NCBI RefSeq assembly: GCF_009914755.1
Contig: NC_060930.1
DNA: 64,000 nucleotides
Reading direction: 5' to 3' (one strand)
From: the human T2T-CHM13v2.0 reference genome, Homo sapiens
In this document: piece by piece, positions 14,713-27,302 of the stretch
Numbering within the stretch: the first letter of the stretch is position 1
Layout: every line of letters begins with the position of its first letter
The notes under the pieces: model-generated
Told to the model about the DNA's origin: nothing
What the model saw: the letters and a program-made list of their open reading frames with translations, nothing else
The model's database searches: none
Made by a program: the position numbers and the translations under genes

Positions 14713-14935
14713 GAGGTTGAGTGTTCCTTATCCAAAATGCTTGGGACCAGAAGTGTTTGGGATTTTGGAATATTTGCGTTGTATATACTTACTGGTCGAG
14801 CATGCTAAATCTGAAAATTCAAAACATGAAATGCTCCAATGAACATTTACTTTGAGCATCATGTTGGGATTCAAAAAGTTTTGTATTTTGGGGCATGTGG
14901 GATTTCAGATTTTTGAATCTGGGTTGCTCAACCTG
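14713..14935. mobile_element. Tigger4a (MER46A) MITE
   Basis: TIRs gaggttgag...ctcaacctg, TA duplications at 14711-12 and 14936-37, internal 'ccaaaatgcttgggaccagaagtgttt'. Confidence 0.88.
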
Positions 14936-15053
14936 TATATCCCCCTCTCATAGCACAATGGTTCACTCCAGTGGGCCTGGGACCTGGTTAGAGAACATTC
15001 TGGCAGCTATGCCAAGGGCCTCCCCTTGATAGCTGTAGGCACTCTCCTTAGAT

Positions 15054-15237
15054 CGGCAGTTCTCGCCCTTCTTTGGTACATTACAATCACCTGAGAGCTT
15101 TCTAAAAACCACCTGTGTCCAGGCCCCAGTTAAAGCACAATCTTAGAAAGGGAGGGGGTCAGACACCAATATGTTAAAAAAAAAAAAAAAAAACACCCCA
15201 GATGATTCTAATATGCAGCTGGGGTAGCGAATTCCTG
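15054..15237. mobile_element. MER5B-like hAT-Charlie MITE
   Basis: 'gttctc...cattacaatcacctgagagct...ccccagatgattctaatatgcagc'; 8-bp flanks ccttagat / tgttagat. Confidence 0.75.
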
Positions 15238-16104
15238 TGTTAGATGAATGCACTGAATTACACTTATTCCTGTCATAGTAATTTAAAATTACACATTAAA
15301 AATTTCACAATGCAAAGGGGATTACAGTGGTGAGAAGTGTGTGTGAGTTATTTGTGCACACAAATACACGTGAAGGTGATGGTTCAAGAACTTCTTGTAC
15401 TTTGCATGCTTTTCATTTCTGTGGCATGTAGTGGAAACACAGCAAATGGCTGAAGGATAGAATTTCTTGGACTCTGGAGTCAGGGTGGGTGTTAGAGGAC
15501 AGGCCATTCCCAGAGCCATGGAAGTTTGATGCAGAGGTGAACATAATGGTTCAATAAAAAAGCAAGTTTCTAGCTTTCTGTCTCCACTTCCGAATCTCTT
15601 CAATCCCCCTCTCCTTTCTCTTCCACTGCTACTTTATTTAACCTCATAAATTATGCAGCTTTATATGAAGTCTGTAGCCCCTTTGAGGAAGCATATTCAA
15701 ATATTAGATAATGGGATTTTTTTTTTTGTCCTTTAAACACAAAAAAAACATTGTGTGCACCTTACATGTAAGTGGAATGAATGTATTTTTGCCACTAATG
15801 TTGAAAATATCCTTAGGCATCTGGTGTGTATGAATGTGTATACATAGTATATGCATAATAAACACATTCCACCTTATGAATATTTATATACAAGATACAT
15901 ATATATTGAATATAGACATACATATGTAAATAGTAGCCCTTGAAAATTATATGCAAAGTGTGTTTCCAAGCATATATATCATAGTGCATCAGGAATATAA
16001 TAAAGCTACTACCAAGTTTAGCATATTTTGAGGTGGCATTTTCTACAGAGTTGTTTATGGTAGGGTCTACTTACTATCCACGTATGGGTTTTTTCCATCA
16101 TCAC

Positions 16105-16215
16105 TTAAATGTTTGTTAAATATCAACTAAAAGTAAGGCACTGGGCATGGCAGAACAAGAAAGATGAAATTGATGTGGTCCCTGCCTTTAAGAGACCTGT
16201 ACCTCATAGAGTGGC
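16105..16215 (-). mobile_element. L2 fragment
   Basis: 'aggcactggg...gatgtggtccctgcctttaagag'. Confidence 0.55.
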
Positions 16216-16779
16216 TTAACATTTTGTTATGAAGAATCTAATATTGTCACTGCCCAATGGCATCTTCCTACTTTCTTACAACTGCCTTTCATTTATCTAT
16301 GCCACTGCTGCCTTTGCCAGTTGGGATTTAAAATGTGACCCATTTGAGCTATATTAATTTAAACCATGGCGTAGCTGCAAAGTTGTTCCGATGCAGTAAG
16401 AAGAAACATCATTGGTCTCAGTGCCTTGTAGCCACTGGACATGAACAACAATTAAACTTTTTTCTCTGTCGCATATAGCCAATCCTATAACTGCATTTTT
16501 ATTTTAGTCTGATTTAGTAGGAAAAAAAGGTACAATAAAAAGGCACCAAGCATGAGGGATGTTATAAATCTCAAAAGTGAACCAAAAGAGAGCAATCTCT
16601 TTTCCCCACAAACTTCTTGTAACCTAAATATTACTGACCATGACATTGCACTTCCAAGTTCCATCTAGTTCCCTCCCTGGACTAGGTAGCAGAAGCTTTC
16701 TTAAACACAAGCAATACATTCTAAAATGTACAAAATATGGATCTCTTTCTAAAATGACAAGCCCCAGTATAGCCAGGGA

Positions 16780-17900
16780 GCTCTGAGTGACACTCATCAG
16801 GGCAGATTTTGCTCCATTAAAGGAGGAACAATACATAAGCATTGTCATCTCTGCCACAGTGTATGCTCATTGTTTTCTCCCCCCTCAATCCATACATAAC
16901 AACAGGTAGTTCTCAGCTGTTCCCTTGGTGCCAGACATACATTTTATCTAAAGAGACAGCAGACAGAACTACCTGCTGCTTCCTGTGCGGCTCTCCCTGT
17001 GTTTCTCTCCTTTTTCCTACTTCACTAGGGCTTTTAAAAATCAGCTGGCAGGGAGCCAGGAGCTCATCATTTTAATGCAGTGTAAAATGGAATATGCATA
17101 ATTATATGCAAGCCATATGTGAGGGAGACAGCTCAGCTGTGAATTTCAGGAGGCCAGGAAAGAGAGAGCAGTTAGGGCTAAGATGAGATGAGAGCAGAGC
17201 GGAGTGCAAGTGTCACGCAAATGAATGGTTTAATGAGTGTGCTGCAGACACGCCCCCTTTCACCTACCTCTCCCTTCTCTCCCACTCCAAACCAGAAACC
17301 AGTGGAGATTAGAAAGAAGACTGTATGCAAGCGGTATTGCTAATGGGTTCTGTTAATGTCTCCATTTAAACTTCAGCTTTCTTAATTAACAGCGTAGATC
17401 AAAATAACCAGTAACTTTTAATGCAGCTTTTAAATTAAATCTTTTTTTTTTTTTTACTGCATTTGATTGAAGAATCATGGTTCTTACCAGATCATCGCTC
17501 CTTTTAGATCTTTATTTAAAAATGGAGGGGAATCAGTTTATCTCTAATAGTATTACAATGCAAAATATAATTATGCAGATTGCTTTTCTTATGGCCTTGC
17601 TATTAGAATTTTTTAAAAGTGCATTATCTAGAGATTGCTTAAGCATGCCAAAAAGTTTAAACACGTATGTATGTCATATAATCCTAAATGTGCAATGAAC
17701 AATGCGCACTGAAAAACTAAGGTGGTGGTAATTGCCAACAAAATTATTTGATTTTGGTTTGCTTGATATTGTTTTAAATATTACACCACAATGAATTTGC
17801 ATGTTCAAACTAAACAATGTAAAGAAAAATAAATCCCAAATTTTGATACCTAAAAGGCGTACTGCGTATTTAAACAAACTTCTTAATATTGTTGTTATTT
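16780..17900. promoter_or_regulatory. Candidate enhancer block with no recognisable repeats
   Basis: Dense TAAT/ATTA, POU-type ATGCATAAT and octamer ATTTGCAT (17795-17802), retained CpGs; function inferred. Confidence 0.4.
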
Positions 17901-20760
17901 CTGGATTCCCGTTTGTTGAATGATCTGAGCTGTTATGCTTTTTAGCTTTTTTTCTTCCATTATTTGTAAGTCCCTAAATAGGCCATTATATTTCCCTTCA
18001 GGCTAGAGATGAAGATGGACATGCTGAAAATTTTCCCCAGCAGCACTATGCTAAGGAAACTCCAAGGCTTGCCTTCAAGAATAACTGCGAACTACTTGTA
18101 AGAATAACATACTTACAACAAGTCTAGAATGTTACTTTAGCACAGTGAAAACAGTTTTTGAAAGGGTTTGTTCATGATTACATAATTGATGAAATATTAT
18201 AGTTTTCTGTATAGAGTTCTAAATGCTAATTCTGATATCACTGAATATTAATTTTAAGATCTCAAATTGTTTGCAAATCTTTTATATCTGATTATAGAGC
18301 TTGAATGGCCCTGTCTTTATTAGCTTGTTGTGTTTAGTAGTTTATAAGCAGCCACTTGGAGAATGGCTAGTAAAGTTAAAAATATAGAGAAAGACAGTTG
18401 ATATATGTAGCTTGGGAAAAAAGAACCTCACCCTCACCCCTCCTCCTACGTCCTCATTGTACACTATTTTAGGAGACAACATGGTAATATTTTGTTCTGC
18501 TAGGGAAGATAGCAGAGTTGACACGCAGTACTCCCTTTAGAATTCAAGTATTCCTCCACTCTCTTGCCAAACTTAATCGTCTCTCCTATGCAGAAGGAGT
18601 CAAAGCAGTGACAGGGTGCGGGGATGTTTACAAGTCGTGAGAGGGAGGATATCAGCTGTGACATTGAGACTCTGTTCCAATGCAGGGTTAATTTGCTGTT
18701 CATTTTAGCATTTACAGCCAGACAAGATGAAAAGCAAGCAGGAATGCCTATTATATTTCTATTAAATGAATCTGTTGGGACCTAATGTTCTTGATTAGCT
18801 TTTGAAAATGAGTGCTCTGCAATGCATTTTCTGTTTACCTAAAGTAAACAGAGAATGAATTGTCATTTATTTAGAGATTCAAACACTCCTTTTGAAAATG
18901 AAGCTTTATGAGGGATCTAGCTATGTTGTCCCTAAATGTTCTTTTCTTTTCAATTGCATTAAAGCAAAACATTTGCTCCAACTAAGTGAAAACACTGAAA
19001 GAGAATGAGGATGCTCAGTTGTTACATTTTGAGGTAGTCTAATTTCTGTTTAGTTTTTTGGCCGACCAGCTCTGCCAGGTCTCTGCATTAGGAAATCCCA
19101 CATGTAACAGTCTTTGGATTTAGCTCTGATACCAACTGTTCATTAAAAACAAAGTGTCCAAAGAGCAGAAGAGACAAAAATTCAGTTCTTACCCATTCTA
19201 GCCGCAGTAGCTACATGTTGACAGCAAGAACCTCCTTTTCCCCCTCCACAGTCTGCACAGTTACAATTACACTACTTATTCTGTGTGTGTAGTCCCTTGA
19301 CCAACAGATCCACAGGCAAATTTGCTGCTTATAAATGTAATTTTTTTCTGAAATTTTAACTTAACTTATGTTTTATCTTAGGACTCTTAAACTTCCAGGA
19401 CTGCTAGCATTACCTATTCTGAGGAAACTCTTTTTGTTCATTTCGGTTTTAATGTGTCTCTGTAACTATGATTATTCAGCAGAAGACCACAGAGGCCCTT
19501 ATGCTGTGTTTTGGTATCAGAATGCTTTGGGGTAGCTTACTTCTTTTTAGAGAAATTTGCAAAAGTAACATGCCATATTTAATTTTTGTCTATTTGTTGG
19601 AAAAATGAACATGCTTGAGTCCTGGTTGTGGTCAGTTTATACTGGAGGAAGCAAAACATATATGTGAACATCGTTTTTAGCTGTCTTTAGAGAAAATAGA
19701 TGTTTTGTCATTGCTGTGCTTAAACACATTGTTGTGTTGGCAGTAGTTTTGAGCAATTTGGTACAATCTTCGTCCTTCCAGTCACTGTTAGAAATGCTTT
19801 ATTTTGGTCAGTATACTTTCCTGTGATAAAAGAAAAGGAATAAAAAGAAAACATAAGTAAGCTTATTTCTCCAAGGAGAAATTTAATTTTTTTCAGCTGT
19901 AAGAAAAGTGATGGTGTTTGGCTGGTTATGAAGCCCTGAGAAGTTATGCTTCTATATGAAAGAGACTTGTTCATTCATAAGAAAGAAATAGGAAATCCTT
20001 GGAGTTTTCTTAGTGCAACTTAGAGCAGATTTTTAAAGAATCTGTCAGAGAAGATTGCAAGCTCCACTCCAAAGTACTTTTTTAGCTGAAGGGTGGTTCT
20101 GCCATCTTCTTGCATGGATTGCTGCAAGAGCAGTAGCCAGTTTAGAAAGCATGGGAGCTCTGGAGAAAGCACTGAGGGCACAGGGTTCTTCTGGGCCCCC
20201 AGATGATCAGGAGCACATGGCTGGACGACTAGTCCTCTGTGCCACAGACACTGACAGAAAGTGCCCTGGCCAGGTAGACGGGACATTGCCTTGACTTTAT
20301 TACTGACTCTCTAATGTCTCTGCCCGCTCCCCACCCCCACATGCCTGCTTCTTGGAAGAGGGAGGAATATTAAGTAACTTAAACAAAAGCAAAGCAAAAT
20401 CGATGCCCGGAATACACAAGTGTGTGTAATCAGAAGGCACTGACAAAGAAAGCATTGGCTGATAGAAAAATCTGCTATGCAACTGTAGATTTCCTGTAGG
20501 GTATTGATTTTTCCATTTAAATCCCAAACTGTGATATGTGCCTTCACACTTAATGTACAACACAGATGACTAGATATTTAGCTTTGTGGCCAAGATCCTT
20601 TAGTTGGTGACTGTGCAGCAGTCTCCTTATGCTTTTTATTAATTTTGAAAATGAAAGGCTGTCAAGATAAGTGACATTAGCTAAAACGAGTACTATTTGA
20701 TATGTCACAATTCAGTGTGGCCCCACCTACCTCTTCATAGATAGTCATGCACACTTGCAG

Positions 20761-20793
20761 GCATGCGCACACACGTGCACACACACACACACG
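20761..20793. repeat. (CA)n-type alternating purine-pyrimidine tract
   Basis: gcatgcgcacacacgtgcacacacacacacacg, 33 nt. Confidence 0.9.
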
Positions 20794-20877
20794 GGTGTTT
20801 TGCTGGCATATCTAAGTTTATGACTAAAGAAAACTTTTAATAAAAGAAAATGTAGGAAATTTCTATCATGTTAACAG

Positions 20878-21607
20878 TGTAGCAGCCTGGTTTACAAGAG
20901 CCTGGAAAAGGGAACATTTAGAGCCAGCCATGGGTGAGACTAGCCCAAGTCCATTCTTGGTCCCTTTATCATTACTGCCTCTTTCTTCTGGGACTAGAAG
21001 GCTTCTCATTTCCTCTATTCAAATGCTCGTATCTCTGGCTAGAGGTGGGTTCAGAGCTAGAGTGAGGAGGACCATAAGTGTGTTATGAGCTCACTGTTTC
21101 TCCTCAGCCACGACTTTCTCAATTTTTGAAAGCCCACTGAGAGTAAGACCTTGCAGAAATATAGCATAAGCTGGGTCACTGGAGGGGAAAGACCTCTAGT
21201 GAGAAGAAGAGGAACATTGAGAGGGTTTTGAGAAGGAACTGAAGACTCCTGAGCCTACTCCCCAGGTTTTCAAAAGACCAGTCCAGAGAACATCCCTGTG
21301 TTCAGGAAGAAGGTCAAAATATAACCAAAGAACAACAGCAACTGATGGAGTATTATTTGGTTGGAAAAAAAGCCAGGCTTAGGAAGTTTGAAAGGGGAAC
21401 TAAGAGAAAGGAAACTCAGAGGGGCAAAATCAGCCTGTCTCCCTCAGTTCCAGATTCCTGAGCCATCACCTAGACAACGTCTGAATCCCTTTGGCTTTTC
21501 CTGAGGCTGTTAGGGGTGAGGGTTTTGCAGAGGGAAAGGGAGGGAGCTCACAGCTGGAAGGTGAAATAAAAATAGCATCAGGGAAGAATTCTTCCTGGTC
21601 ACTTACA
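20878..21607. mobile_element. Possible ancient Gypsy-like solo LTR
   Basis: Starts tgtagcag, ends acttaca, aataaa ~40 nt before the end; no TSD, family not established. Confidence 0.25.
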
Positions 21608-21804
21608 ATGCCTGTGTAGGGAGTATATGAAAACTACTTTAGTTTTATGGCTGTGTGATCAGAAGTGATGATGAGAAGAGATGCTTAGGCTATTTTTCTG
21701 TGGGCTGGTTTTTCCATTTCATTTCCTCGTGGATGTAGACAGGTGGATTATAAGAGTTGCATGTAGTCCTTAGGCAGTAGAAATACCCCGTGCTAATCCA
21801 GGGC

Positions 21805-21945
21805 TCAATAAACATGACATTATTGAGCATCTTCTATGTACAAGGCATTGTACTAGACAGTGCAGGTAGGGACACAACATAGAAAAAGACACAGTCCCTT
21901 CCCTGAAGGAGCATGCAATTCAGTAGGAGAAATAAGGCACATACA
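21805..21945 (-). mobile_element. L2
   Basis: 'ttattgagcatcttctatgtacaaggcattgtactag...aagacacagtcccttccctgaaggagc'. Confidence 0.8.
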
Positions 21946-22084
21946 GTATCATAGTCGTCAAAAATGTGGGCCCTCAGGTCTTGCCCCAGCTGGACTTTAT
22001 ACACTGTCATCCTGGTGGTATAGCTAAGGATCATAGACGCAAAGGCTTAACATTTATTGTAACGTATCTGATATCACATCACAC

Positions 22085-22260
22085 TTTTGGATCCCTGTTT
22101 CACCCCCTTGGACCTCTCTGAGCTTCAGATCTTTTGTAAAATGTGATAATAAAAGGAAATAACCTCAGAGCACATCATAAGGATAGAAAATGATGACATA
22201 TTTAAAGAGCCAGGCACATAGTAAGTGCTCAGTATATATTAGCTGCTGTTATTATCATCT
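22085..22260 (+). mobile_element. MIR
   Basis: 'acctctctgagcttcag...gtaaaatg...ggcacatagtaagtgctcagta...ttagctgctgttattat'. Confidence 0.75.
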
Positions 22261-22284
22261 TCTTATAGTCATGATTGTTATTAC

Positions 22285-22565
22285 ACAGTGAGCTATGCCC
22301 CAAAAGAGCACTAGCAAAGTTCTTGGAGTACAGAGGAGGAAGAGATTGTTTCTGTATGCAGTCATTAAAAACTTAACAAGGGAAGATACCTTTGATCCAG
22401 GCCTTTCATGGGTTGGATTTAGATAGTTGCCAGGAAGTGTAAGGGAAGGGGGTTTTCCCAGCAGAGGAAAATAGCACAGGCATGGAGGTGGGAAAGTATG
22501 GGCCAGGTGCACTGCACCCAGGTTAGTATATAGGTTGGCCAAGTGTAGAGTACCTGAAGGCTAAG
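22285..22565 (-). mobile_element. L2
   Basis: 'tggagtacagaggagg...tcccagcagaggaaaatagcaca...gcatggaggtgggaaagtatg'. Confidence 0.65.
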
Positions 22566-22682
22566 GGGTGAACAGCAGGCAGTCCCATATGCAGGGGTTT
22601 CAATAACTGACACTATCCTATCGAGTCTGGATTTTAGTAATTCTGCTTCATGGGAATTCCTAGCACTTCTGTGGATTAAAAA

Positions 22683-22850
22683 CATTATTATGGAAAATTT
22701 CTAAGTATACAGAATTAAAGTAGTGGGAATCATATAATGAACCCCCATGTTCCTTTCACCTAGCTTCAACAATTATCAACTCAGGACTAATCATGCTTCA
22801 TTTTCCTTCCCCGCACCCCCTCCCACTTTTTTTGCTGTACTGTTCTGAAG
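22683..22850 (-). mobile_element. L1MC-type 3' end fragment
   Basis: 'tattatggaaaatttc...tataatgaacccccatg...cacctagcttcaacaattatcaac'. Confidence 0.75.
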
Positions 22851-24419
22851 TATGTATGCTTTTGTGAGGGACAGATTTGGTCTTTTGGTGTTTTTTTTTT
22901 TTTTTTTTTTTTGTAAAATCTTTAGGATCCTTCTTCTCTGGCTAGAAACAATCCATTGATACTAATTAAACTGGGAATTGGAGCTTTGGGACAATGCATA
23001 CATAAAACAAATGACTCTTGGTTATATATTGTGCTTTTCTTTTCCTGCTCAACACAACCTTGGTAAAGCTTGGCCAATCAGACCCAGTTTTAAAAGCCCT
23101 TAAAGTGAAAGACACATCACAGTGCCAGTGATGACTTGAACTTTATTTACTCTCAGGCCCCTGGTTCTAAGTGTATTCATTTAAAAACAAGATTGGATGT
23201 CTTTGCAATCCAGCCCAACTCACCAGTACATGTTAGCCTCTCACAGTAGTGAGGGGAAATTCTGGATGGCTGCCATATATTAGCCATTGCTAGAACTTTT
23301 CTGCTAGATCATGAAGATATAACAAGAACCCCTGAAAGGTGATAGAAACTGCCCTGTTTCATTTGAAACTTAATAGATGTCTCAGAATAGGTGCAATTGA
23401 CCAGAGACCCTCCCCTTAATGCTTTTGGTCTAATGAAAGCCAGATTTACGCCCCAGCTCAACATGAATTTACATACTATTGCTTTGATTTTACAGCTGAG
23501 CAACACAGGCACTGAAAATTAAAATCATGATGACACACTGGAACTCACATCACATCAAACAAAACATCATATGATGTATGCATACATTGTATACTGTGTA
23601 CCAGTTTCCTGAAATAGTCACTGCAATAGCCCCACAAGTGTAAAATAACCAGAAAATCCCAGGGGGACTGGCTGCTGTCTAGAGAAACTTAGCCTGTCTC
23701 ACCATTTTTTTTCCCCAGCCATCTCCCAGATCCCTTTAGTTTGTGGTTATTCCTGTATTCCCGTAGTTTCCTAAACTATCTTGGAAAAATAGAACTTTCC
23801 AGAAATAAAAGTCACAATCTTAGACTAAGCAAGAGGCAGTTCTGATAGAGGTGGCATAATTATGCTCTCCAGCAAGACCATCTAGACTTTAATACAGGCA
23901 GAAGGGATGGATTCCACTTGAGTCATATTTCATCTGCACATTCCTCTGTTCCCATCTGTGCTGGTGTTTCATCTTCTTCTCCAGCTTTGTCTGCCACTTT
24001 CCTCTCTTCAGCCTGTTGGCTCCCATTTCTGCCATAGTCTTGTAGTTCAGGTCCTTTCACTTTTCCTATATAAAGACCTTCTTGACCACAGTTGACCATC
24101 TCCCCTCCTTTCCCGTGCATGCAAACTCTATTTTACCTCTCTTTGTAATTCTATTATTTGAGAGAAAAGCCACATGAGGGAGGGCTAGAGTTGCTCAGCT
24201 TCTGCTCTGATATAGGGGCCTTATTGGGGGACGGAGTCTTGATTTGGCAGGCTCTCCTTTCCAGAGCATGGGGGATCTTTGCCCTTCAGATTTCAGAGCC
24301 ATTGCCTACAAATGTCAGAGGTATAATGGTTTGGTTTTCATGCTGGCTTCTCACACAGTCCATCACAGTGATTCTTGGAGCCAGAGGGAGGTATGGAAGA
24401 CTGTGTGTTCTCCAAGGGA

Positions 24420-24660
24420 GGCACTGTGGTCTGGTGGATAAGAGTGGGAGTCCCAATCCTTTCTCCGCAGATGTGCTAGCTGTGCACTCTGGGCAAGTTT
24501 CTCACTCTCCTGAGCCTCAGCGTCTTTATCAATATGACGAGAATAAATACAGCACCTGCCTACCTCATGGGGTTGTTTCAGCAGTCAATGAGATCATGTA
24601 TATGAAGCATTTAGTATACCTAGCACCTAATAAAAGCTCAACAACCAGTAGTCTTATTAC
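24420..24660 (+). mobile_element. MIR
   Basis: 'ctgggcaagtttctcactctcctgagcctcag...cctacctcatggggttgt...aagcatttag'. Confidence 0.8.
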
Positions 24661-24959
24661 TAACAAAATGGAGCTAGAAGGATGCATTAGTTTAAACAAA
24701 ATCTTGAGGCAGATACTGGGAGTACCTGTCTTTATTCTTCAACTTGAGTCTCCTCCCAGTTTGTTTGGATAAAAACTCAAATGTAATATTTTTAATTTGG
24801 GTAAAAGAACTTCTGAGAAAGGGTTGAACATCTATCCACTTGCCTTTTTATGCCTAGGGAACTAGAGATACTTGTTGGCGGCATCGCAAATGTTGCTGAC
24901 TTATGAAGTACTGCAGTATCTGAATACCTTTTTGTAGGATAATCTAAAGTTTCCAAAAA

Positions 24960-25230
24960 ATAGTATAGTGTTGTAGTGAAGAACTTGGACTCTTAAGCCA
25001 GATTATTTTGTTCAGATTCAGAAATCCCCTCCACTCCACCCACTGGCTGTATAGCCTTGCCCAAATCACTGAATCTCTGTGTGTCTGCGTCCTGGTGTGT
25101 GAAATGAGGACAATAGTAGCTATTGGGTAGGGTTGGCCTGGGGTCTAAGTGATGACTGCCTGTAAGGTGTTTAGAACAGTATTTGGTAAACAACTGGCAC
25201 TCAATCAGTGTTGCTGTGATTATGATGATT
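24960..25230 (+). mobile_element. MIR
   Basis: 'tagtatagtgttgtagtgaagaacttggactct...aaatcactgaatctctgtg...gtaaggtgtttagaacagt'. Confidence 0.8.
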
Positions 25231-25619
25231 TATTCCAAGGTTGCTTGCTTTCCAGTACATCATAGACTACTACTTGACCAAATTTACTAGCAATGGAGTA
25301 CCTGAAAGTTTTACATGTGCACATTTGCATGAAAACCCCACAAAATTTCCCTTTGAACAGTGAAGGGGACGGCACAAAGATAATTCTTGGCACTAAGCTT
25401 AAAAAAAAAAAAGACTCAAGGAAAACTCTCTACATGGTCCCAGACCTCTTCATTCTGCCTAACCATTTAATAGTAAAATTTTTAATGTTAAAATGTGCAA
25501 CTAAGAACATAAATGCAAAGCAAGGGAAAAAGGTGTAATTTACACAGAGCCATATCTCCCATAGCAAATGGATGTGCCTCTGATACCGTGCTAAGGGAAG
25601 GAGACAAGAAATCCTCCTT

Positions 25620-25855
25620 TGTGAGGCACCTCCAATGAACAAGCACTGTGATCTGTCTGTATAGACCCCTTTTAAGGCCCTTTATTCTCACCGTAACTTT
25701 TCTAAGTAGATATTGCTGTTTCCATTTTAGAAGTGGGGAAATTAAAATGCAGAGATGGGATACTCCTTGCTCTGGGGGAGGGCAGGAGGCCCAGTGAGCA
25801 GGCACAGAGCTAGAGCTTGACCCACATCTCTGACCACACACCCATGCTTGTGCTC
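25620..25855 (-). mobile_element. MIR
   Basis: 'ccattttagaagtggggaaattaaa...gagctagagcttgaccca'. Confidence 0.6.
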
Positions 25856-27009
25856 AGGCCAACACATGCCGCTGCCTTCTCAGGGTAGGGGCCAGGTCTT
25901 ACACATTTTTACATTCCAGGGCCAGAGAAGGAGTACAGTCTATGATTGTGGAATGAAGGGATTAAGAAATTAATTCAGAATGACTCTTTCTAGTTTCTTT
26001 ATAGTAACAATTCTTTGGTAGAATTCTGAAGCCAGAAAGAACATCTATGGGGAATGTTAGGAAGGGCAATTTATTCAGAAAGTCATGGCAATGTTTGCGG
26101 ATTCCCAGTGCATAATAAATTGTGGGGAACAGAGCCAAGGTATATAGTTTTTAATTTGGTAGACTTGGGACATTAAAAGATCAGCTGTAGACTATAGAAA
26201 ATATATTTTTCAATATGATACAAACATTCGAGTGTCTTTTTAAAAATCTGACTGCTATAGATTTTGATCCTTTTTTTTTTTTTTTTTTTTTTTTAGGATC
26301 ACTAAGGCTATTTTAAAAAAGCTTGAACTATTTTGGTTTGTTAGGGTTGTATTCCTTAGAGTGAATGGATCTATTTCTTTTGAGATTTCTGGCAATAAAT
26401 TAGCATATGGGAGTCAGTCATATTCTCCTTTATTGTTTTAATTACTAGAACTGAACAATTGCCTAAAATACCAAAGAGAATTCACCTCCAGTGGCTTCAA
26501 GGAAACTATACATCATATATCAAGCAAAACCAGGAAATCAGATAGGATATCAATTATCAATATTAAAATGCACCAGTAACCAGCCAGAACTAATATTAAT
26601 CATATTCAGTCATGTGCTTAGTTTATGGTTAGAAGAACAAGCTAATGAAAGTCTCTTGAGAGGAAAAGGGAAAGAGTATAAAAAATATTTGAAGTGGAGA
26701 AGAATGACATATGTGAGTAATAAGAGAGGCAAGAAATTAGAGATGGGAGGACTGGTAAGGCAATTTTAAAAGGGAAGAAGGAAGATAGCAGCCCAGGTTA
26801 AGCTTCAAATGAGCAGGTTCAGGAAAACAAGATTCTTCAAAATAATGTATTTCATTGCATTTTGGCTTAAAATATTTTTCCTAATTGTATTTTTTGCACA
26901 CTTCCTACACTTTTGGTCTCTTCCTGGAGAGCTACATGCTACCAGGAACTGAGACTTTTGCCAGAGTACAGTACTCATTCTCTTTTAATTCCAGATGAGT
27001 CTGCCCTGG

Positions 27010-27302
27010 CCAAGAGCTTTGTGTGTCAAGAGCCTTGTCTCTCTCATTCATTGCTGGATCCCTGAGAACCATGCTTAGCTCACAGCATTTTTCATGAATT
27101 CTGAGATGCACTTTCCCCCCTAACATTTTAATATCTCAGAAATGGGAGTCATATATTACAATTGATGACCTGTCATTGTTTAATTGCCAGTGGCTTTTTT
27201 TTTTCCTGGTGGTATTAAAATAAAGGCATTGTAACAACCAATGGTGATATAGATTCAATGAACCATGGAGGTGGACGCTTAAGAATTATTTGATGAATGA
27301 AT
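27010..27302 (+). mobile_element. L2 3' end interrupted by MER104
   Basis: 'cttgtctctctcattcattgctggatccc...gcttagctca' resumes after the insert as 'gcttaagaattatttgatgaatgaat'. Confidence 0.65.
27083..27268. mobile_element. MER104 (Tc2-related MITE)
   Basis: 'ttcatgaattctgagatgcac...acattttaatatctcagaaatggg...tttaattgccag...tagattcaatgaa' follows MER104 end to end. Confidence 0.8.

Noticed and set aside
10505-17220. Shared 10-mer tgtcacgcaa at 10505 and 17211
   Set aside because: Many exact 10-mer matches are expected by chance in 64 kb.
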